This document shows, piece by piece, positions 59,757-64,000 of a stretch of 64,000 nucleotides of DNA. The stretch comes from a virus: IMG/VR virus record IMGVR_UViG_3300033233_000004, positions 64,001 to 128,000 of that record; one strand, written 5' to 3'. The notes below the pieces were generated by a model. That model made no database searches and was not told the origin of the DNA. It saw nothing but the letters and a program-made list of their open reading frames with translations. Every line of letters starts with the position of its first letter. Within the stretch, counting starts at the first letter, position 1. Position numbers and translations under genes: made by a program.

Positions 59757-60251
59757 TTATAACTCTCTTCGTACTATTTTATCCGCCGCATAAGATGCAG
59801 CATATGCTTCTGGCTTAGGCGTACATGGAAAACCACAACCTCGAACCCATCCTATTGCCCAATCATACATTTCATTGCTTTTGAATTCTTTCTCTTTGTT
59901 GAAGTCTAAATGCATGTCATACTCCACAATATTTGGTAATTCAAATGTACCAGTATCTCTGAAATAAGTAGCCATCTCAATGATAATTTCAACTTCACGA
60001 CTCAATCGTTTGAAATCATCTCGATGATATTCTCTTGTCATAGTCCCAACAATGTGTGCACCTTTACCATAACGGTAAAGTACAATAGCGATACCAAATT
60101 CTGCCCATCCCGCATCTTTTGGAAGAGAATCACATCCTACCCAAAGAGAAAATGGTTCCTGTCGATACTCAGCAACATATGCTTTAATATATTGTGCCAA
60201 GTCAGTAATATGAACACGAGAGAGACCAGTTGTTCTAAACTTGAAATCCAT
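59757..60251 (-). CDS. RNase H-like YkuK (DUF458) family protein
   Basis: VGCDS, GKGAH, RL..EV, HLDFN, KP.AYAASYAAD. Confidence 0.85.
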   Translation of the reverse strand: MDFKFRTTGLSRVHITDLAQYIKAYVAEYRQEPFSLWVGCDSLPKDAGWAEFGIAIVLYRYGKGAHIVGTMTREYHRDDFKRLSREVEIIIEMATYFRDTGTFELPNIVEYDMHLDFNKEKEFKSNEMYDWAIGWVRGCGFPCTPKPEAYAASYAADKIVRREL

Positions 60252-60291
60252 GTCTATGGTTTCCTTTCTTTGTCAGCGTAACTTATTATTG

Positions 60292-60362
60292 CTGCCCCAC
60301 AGAGATTCGAACTCCGATAAACACCTTCAAAGGGTGCCGTCCTTCCGTTGAACGATGAGGCA
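60292..60362 (-). tRNA. tRNA-Gln(UUG), no CCA
   Basis: TGCCTCA/TGGGGCA-G, GCACC-CTTTGAA-GGTGT. Confidence 0.9.
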
Positions 60363-60368
60363 ATTATT

Positions 60369-60875
60369 TTACATAAAAATAAATGCTATAACGAATGACA
60401 CAATCAAACCAATTGCTGCTTGAATCAACAAGATTCTTCCAAAAATAGGTGTCACTCTTGTTATCTTTGGTGAAATCTTCTTAAATATGAAATTGTATGC
60501 CTGTAAAAATAATCCAACCAATGTCCACGATGCCCATACAACTTCGTTTCCCAATACTTCCAACATAAATGCAAATTTATGATTGTACCAATTGAATATG
60601 TAGCAGAACAGATAGTAAAGCAAATCTGCCAACCATACATCCCACATGAAAAGAAACAAAATTGCAGGAACCCAACTAAACTGCCACCAAAGTACTGTTG
60701 TAAGAAGTATCTGAAAAATGGTTTGATAGATTCGATATTCATTAACTTCCCATTTAAAAAATGTAACCATAATATTATTTCGCCCAAGTTTGTTATACCC
60801 TATATAATCAAATAAGGCAAACACAAACAATGCTGCAAAAGCTATTAACCATATAATAATCCATGAAAACATCAT
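60369..60875 (-). CDS. multi-pass membrane protein
   Basis: Several TM helices; start at ATG 60875 after GAAGG, since the longer ORF overlaps tRNA-Lys. Confidence 0.65.
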   Translation of the reverse strand: MMFSWIIIWLIAFAALFVFALFDYIGYNKLGRNNIMVTFFKWEVNEYRIYQTIFQILLTTVLWWQFSWVPAILFLFMWDVWLADLLYYLFCYIFNWYNHKFAFMLEVLGNEVVWASWTLVGLFLQAYNFIFKKISPKITRVTPIFGRILLIQAAIGLIVSFVIAFIFM

Positions 60876-60889
60876 AGTACCTTCCTTTT

Positions 60890-60965
60890 TGGTGCATCCA
60901 GTAGGAGTCGAACCTACAACCTTTCGATTAAGAATCGAAAGCTCTACCAATTGAGCTATGGATAC
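60890..60965 (-). tRNA. tRNA-Lys(CUU) with encoded CCA
   Basis: Canonical 76-nt cloverleaf, TTCGA-TTCTTAA-TCGAA. Confidence 0.95.
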
Positions 60966-60992
60966 GTATTTTTAAATTCGAACTGTATTTTG

Positions 60993-61064
60993 TGCCGCCA
61001 CTCAGAATCGAACTGAGGCCTCGCTGCTTAAAAGGCAGGTGAGCTACCATTACCCCATGGGGGC
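60993..61064 (-). tRNA. tRNA-Lys(UUU), with stem mismatches
   Basis: CTGC-CTTTTAA-GCAG, CTCAG-TTCGATT-CTGAG; C.C mismatches in acceptor and anticodon stems. Confidence 0.75.
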
Positions 61065-61106
61065 GATTTTATTTCATCCCATAAGGCGTTTCATCAATTG
61101 GTGAAA

Positions 61107-61589
61107 CTACTCATTAGGTGAAACTTCAAACGGAGACTCCTGTTTAAGAGCCTCAGTCTGTTTAGAACGTAATTCATCAAGTTCCTGTTTGGATTCTATA
61201 ACTTCTTGTTTCATTGCTTCTACAAGAGTATCCACAAGTGTAGGAGTTAATGCAACAGACTGACCAGATACTTCCGTATTTCGTTCTTGTTCATCCTTAA
61301 CAAACTTATAACACGAAGACAGATTTTTCTTGATTAACTTGGCATTATTCAAATCAGCACGAATATAACTTTCTATCTTTCCATTGAATAAATATTGTGC
61401 TTTAGCACCGTCCATTCCATTCCATATATATCGAACAGAACCATCATTGAAAAATAATGCTAATTCAAATGCAACAGTACCTTCTGGAAGATTCAGAGCT
61501 TTAATATCTTCATTGATATCCGGTCTATTAACCAAACCCATTTCTGCATTAATTTCTTCTGCTGATTTTGTTACTGTATTTTCTTCCAT
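61107..61589 (-). CDS. hypothetical acidic protein
   Basis: GAGGA ribosome binding site, 160 aa. Confidence 0.6.
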   Translation of the reverse strand: MEENTVTKSAEEINAEMGLVNRPDINEDIKALNLPEGTVAFELALFFNDGSVRYIWNGMDGAKAQYLFNGKIESYIRADLNNAKLIKKNLSSCYKFVKDEQERNTEVSGQSVALTPTLVDTLVEAMKQEVIESKQELDELRSKQTEALKQESPFEVSPNE

Positions 61590-61685
61590 GATATCCTCTT
61601 TGTGTCTGGATATGTCTTGATACTTATGAATTGATTAAATACTGTCTATTTTCTGGACATTTATCTGGACATAATGTCCAAATTG

Positions 61686-61768
61686 CAGATAGTACGAGAC
61701 TTGAACTCGTAATCCCAATTAAGGACACCAATATTCCAAATTGGCTCTTTTCCATTCAGTTACTCTTT
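61686..61768 (-). tRNA. degenerate tRNA-Ser(GGA), probable pseudogene
   Basis: CCAAT-TTGGAAT-ATTGG, long variable arm, ACGAG-TTCAAGT-CTCGT, G73; two acceptor mismatches. Confidence 0.55.
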
Positions 61769-62221
61769 ATTTACATTAGTTGTTGCTCCCCATCCACGAG
61801 CTTGTCTATATGCAGTTGTGTCTTGTTCTGGATGAAGGCTACGAAAATTTCTTTTGTTTATTATTTTACAAAGTTTACATATTCTGCTGTTTCTGTTTGG
61901 TGGTATATAAGTATTGTCTTTATCATATGCATGTCCTTTTGGACAATGTGTTTTATTGGTTCGAGGTTCTCCAACATTACACGCTAAATGACTGAAAGCT
62001 ATATTACTTAAATCCCAAAATAATTTGGGGTCATTATTTAACCATGCAGTCTTATGCTCAATCGACAAGTCTTCTACAAATTCTATACAGCGATTACATC
62101 TATAACAAATATTCTCGTTATGAAGAATAAGCAAATGAAAGATAATCATTTTACGTAAACGTCCATTTGCCGTTCCAAATGGCATACCTAACTGTGCAGT
62201 TTTAATTGCATTAGAGTTCAT
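61760..62221 (-). CDS. HNH endonuclease
   Basis: CYRC..LSIEH...N....H..CN; THCPKGH..Y...RICKLC. Confidence 0.8.
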   Translation of the reverse strand: MNSNAIKTAQLGMPFGTANGRLRKMIIFHLLILHNENICYRCNRCIEFVEDLSIEHKTAWLNNDPKLFWDLSNIAFSHLACNVGEPRTNKTHCPKGHAYDKDNTYIPPNRNSRICKLCKIINKRNFRSLHPEQDTTAYRQARGWGATTNVNKE

Positions 62222-62253
62222 TTTAAGTCCTTTGACATTATGAACAAATAGAG

Positions 62254-62342
62254 CGGAGAGGTAGGGACTCGAACCCTATTGGGAGCTTTCGCCCCCCACG
62301 GTTTAGCAGACCGTTGCGACGCACCATCTTCGCCGCCTCTCC
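62254..62342 (-). tRNA. tRNA-Ser(GCU), no CCA
   Basis: GGAGAGG/CCTCTCC-G, ACGGT-CTGCTAA-ACCGT, long variable arm. Confidence 0.92.
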
Positions 62343-62395
62343 ATGCAAGTTTTCAAATAATGTCAATACTTAGGAGACCTTGCAACCCATACGAA

Positions 62396-62704
62396 CTAAT
62401 TCAACATTTCCATCCGTTTCACAGATAATAACATTCTTACAGTAAATACATTGGCTTCATCTTCCATATCATGACATTCACAAACAGGAAAGAAGACCAA
62501 TCTTGAAGTACCATCACCACGAGACCCAAATCCAAGAGCAGCCTCATCACCATCTGGAAGAATTACACCCCAATTATTAGTCGATGCTGTACAAATCCAG
62601 CAAGATGCATAACTGTTCTTTAATGAAGCAATCTTATTTTTGATAGCTTTGCTGAATTCTTCTATAGTTGGTATATTCATACAGTTTTCGCCAATCCTGT
62701 TCAT
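62396..62704 (-). CDS. hypothetical Cys-motif protein
   Basis: CWIC...CECH. Confidence 0.55.
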   Translation of the reverse strand: MNRIGENCMNIPTIEEFSKAIKNKIASLKNSYASCWICTASTNNWGVILPDGDEAALGFGSRGDGTSRLVFFPVCECHDMEDEANVFTVRMLLSVKRMEMLN

Positions 62705-62740
62705 TATTTATCTCTGTTCACAAAAAATGAACATATCAAA

Positions 62741-62995
62741 AAATGAACACAATGAGCTTACGCCAACTTCTGCTTTAGGTCATGATTTCTCTTGCGGCCT
62801 GTACCCGCCTTCATCGGTAAAGAATGCGTCTACCTCTGGCTGTTTCAGTTGCACACATACTGGTGGTACTATCGAACTGACCGTAGCTTTCAGGGCTACG
62901 ACCAGTTCTCCCGCTCATTCTTAGTGTGGTCGGACGTTTCTCTCATCCCTATTCCTACAGGGATAGAGCCATGACTTCTCTGTTGTGTTTCATTT
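62741..62995 (-). ncRNA. rnpB: RNase P RNA, minimal (catalytic domain intact, specificity domain reduced, no P18)
   Basis: P1, P2 GUCAUGG/UCAUGAC, P3, P4 ACG(U)CCGAC/GUUGGCGU, P5 CACAC/GUGUG, P6 GAAUG/CAUUC, P15 CUG/CAG with GGGUA loop, P16, P17. Confidence 0.88.
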
Positions 62996-63194
62996 CATAC
63001 TTCTCGTTCAAACAATACAAACACATTTGTTGCGTTGCATAACCGTTATCCAATTCATATCTCTTTGTTTCAACATATGCATGATGTTTGAATATATGAC
63101 ACAGTATTGCTCTACCGAGAGGTTTCAACGAACCTACATATATCACTATCCTCGGAAAAAGATACGGAATTCGTATGACAATTGGATTTTTCAT
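62955..63194 (-). CDS. hypothetical protein; 3' end overlaps the RNase P RNA
   Basis: MKNPIV...LCHIFKH...CLYC; the upstream part of the listed ORF lies in tRNA-Gly. Confidence 0.45.
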   Translation of the reverse strand: MKNPIVIRIPYLFPRIVIYVGSLKPLGRAILCHIFKHHAYVETKRYELDNGYATQQMCLYCLNEKYEMKHNREVMALSL

Positions 63195-63196
63195 TG

Positions 63197-63269
63197 TGTA
63201 GGTGAAGAGATTCGAACTCTCACGCCAGCGTTGGCAACGCCGTATGCTAACCATTAACATCACACCTAC
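63197..63269 (-). tRNA. tRNA-Gly(GCC), atypical acceptor stem
   Basis: GTAGGTG/CACCTAC-A, CGGCG-TTGCCAA-CGCTG. Confidence 0.88.
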
Positions 63270-63354
63270 AAAAACTTAGCTGTCTCATATTGCTCTATCG
63301 TGCGACATTCAACCCATACGAATCTTAATAGGCACTCCTATCCGAATGGGTTTG

Positions 63355-63429
63355 TAGCCTCAGAAGGAGTTGAACCCTCAAATCTCTGCGTTCGAAGCGC
63401 AGCATGTTATCCAGTTACACCATGAGGCC
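63355..63429 (-). tRNA. tRNA-Arg(UCG), no CCA
   Basis: GGCCTCA/TGAGGCT-A, CTGCG-CTTCGAA-CGCAG. Confidence 0.9.
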
Positions 63430-63639
63430 AAAATGAATCTTTTACAGTTCGACCAACATCAAGGTCAAAGTCGAGTTCAAAATAGAAGCAACTTACGTTA
63501 CCTTGTATTTAACAAGTTCCACCGACAGAAAGCGTTTGGTAGTAAGTAAGGGAGACTATTATCGACTGGCGGTGCCATAACCGTTAGTCCAGTTGATGCT
63601 TTCGTCTTCTTCTTTATGGCAAGTACTCCTATTTTTTTG

Positions 63640-63710
63640 AGCGGGTAGTGGTAGTTGAAACCACGTCCGATGGTTGGAAGCCACCTATAATACCGTTATA
63701 CGATACCCGC
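63640..63710 (-). tRNA. tRNA-Gly(UCC), no CCA
   Basis: GCGGGTA/TACCCGC-T, GGTGG-CTTCCAA-CCATC. Confidence 0.9.
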
Positions 63711-63711
63711 A

Positions 63712-63966
63712 TTATTCTTTATCCCAAAAATTCACATTAGAAAAATCGTGTGGTAAACCTAATGAATCTTCTAATTTATTCAATTGATAATTTTGATAAT
63801 CTAATTGCTGTTGTTGAAGCTTGTATAGAGACTCATATTGCATACGTTGAGCTTTTGCTGTTACATATGTTCCATGTTCTTTAACAAGAGAGTTTAATTC
63901 AATACAGAACCAAAGAAGTGCAGTAACTAATAAAAGAGTCATTACTACTTTTATAACATTCATCAT
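63712..63966 (-). CDS. small membrane-anchored coiled-coil protein
   Basis: N-terminal TM helix, Q-rich coil. Confidence 0.55.
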   Translation of the reverse strand: MMNVIKVVMTLLLVTALLWFCIELNSLVKEHGTYVTAKAQRMQYESLYKLQQQQLDYQNYQLNKLEDSLGLPHDFSNVNFWDKE

Positions 63967-64000
63967 GCAACCTTATTTGATTGTTTTCTCTGAAAATCAA

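Noticed and set aside
59248-63263. Listed ORFs or ORF extensions overlapping tRNAs and the RNase P RNA (59248, 59433, 59552, 62640, 62792; 5' parts of 60369..60950 and 62955..63263)
   Set aside because: They are read-throughs of structured RNA genes with no protein motifs.
1-64000. CRISPR array, diversity-generating retroelement or invertible fibre cassette
   Set aside because: No repeat-spacer periodicity, reverse transcriptase or recombinase seen; the fibre paralogues are same-strand and their differences are not adenine-specific.
1-64000. Stop-codon reassignment
   Set aside because: Genes are long and intact under code 11, TAG and TGA end genes at coupled junctions, and no suppressor tRNA is present.

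Overview
This AT-rich 64 kb window is part of a large (jumbo-type) contractile-tailed phage genome in the standard genetic code, almost all on the minus strand. In order it holds: (1) 1-7.3 kb, four glycosyltransferase genes (one carrying an intein) and a DUF5664 dNTP diphosphohydrolase; (2) about 8.6-10.2 kb, a non-coding promoter region and a T4 Rnl1-like RNA ligase; (3) 10.4-48.7 kb, a morphogenesis block (fibres, baseplate, hub, tape measure, tube, sheath, neck, lysis genes, major capsid protein, decoration and scaffold proteins) invaded by a tnpB-only IS200/IS605 element, free-standing homing endonucleases and their remnants, and a group I intron that splits the capsid gene; (4) 48.9-64 kb, accessory genes for RNA repair and translation (phosphatases, kinase, nucleotidyltransferases, CCA enzyme, deformylase, possible bS21) with 10 tRNA or tRNA-like genes. 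Two observations stand out. First, a roughly 255-nt RNase P RNA has a complete type-A catalytic domain but almost no specificity domain. Second, an [S/T]-G-S tripeptide is strongly enriched (about 70 copies by hand count) in predicted outer virion proteins and nearly absent elsewhere; with the neighbouring glycosyltransferases it suggests a phage-encoded, sequon-directed virion glycosylation system. All calls come from motif recognition by eye; no searches were run.
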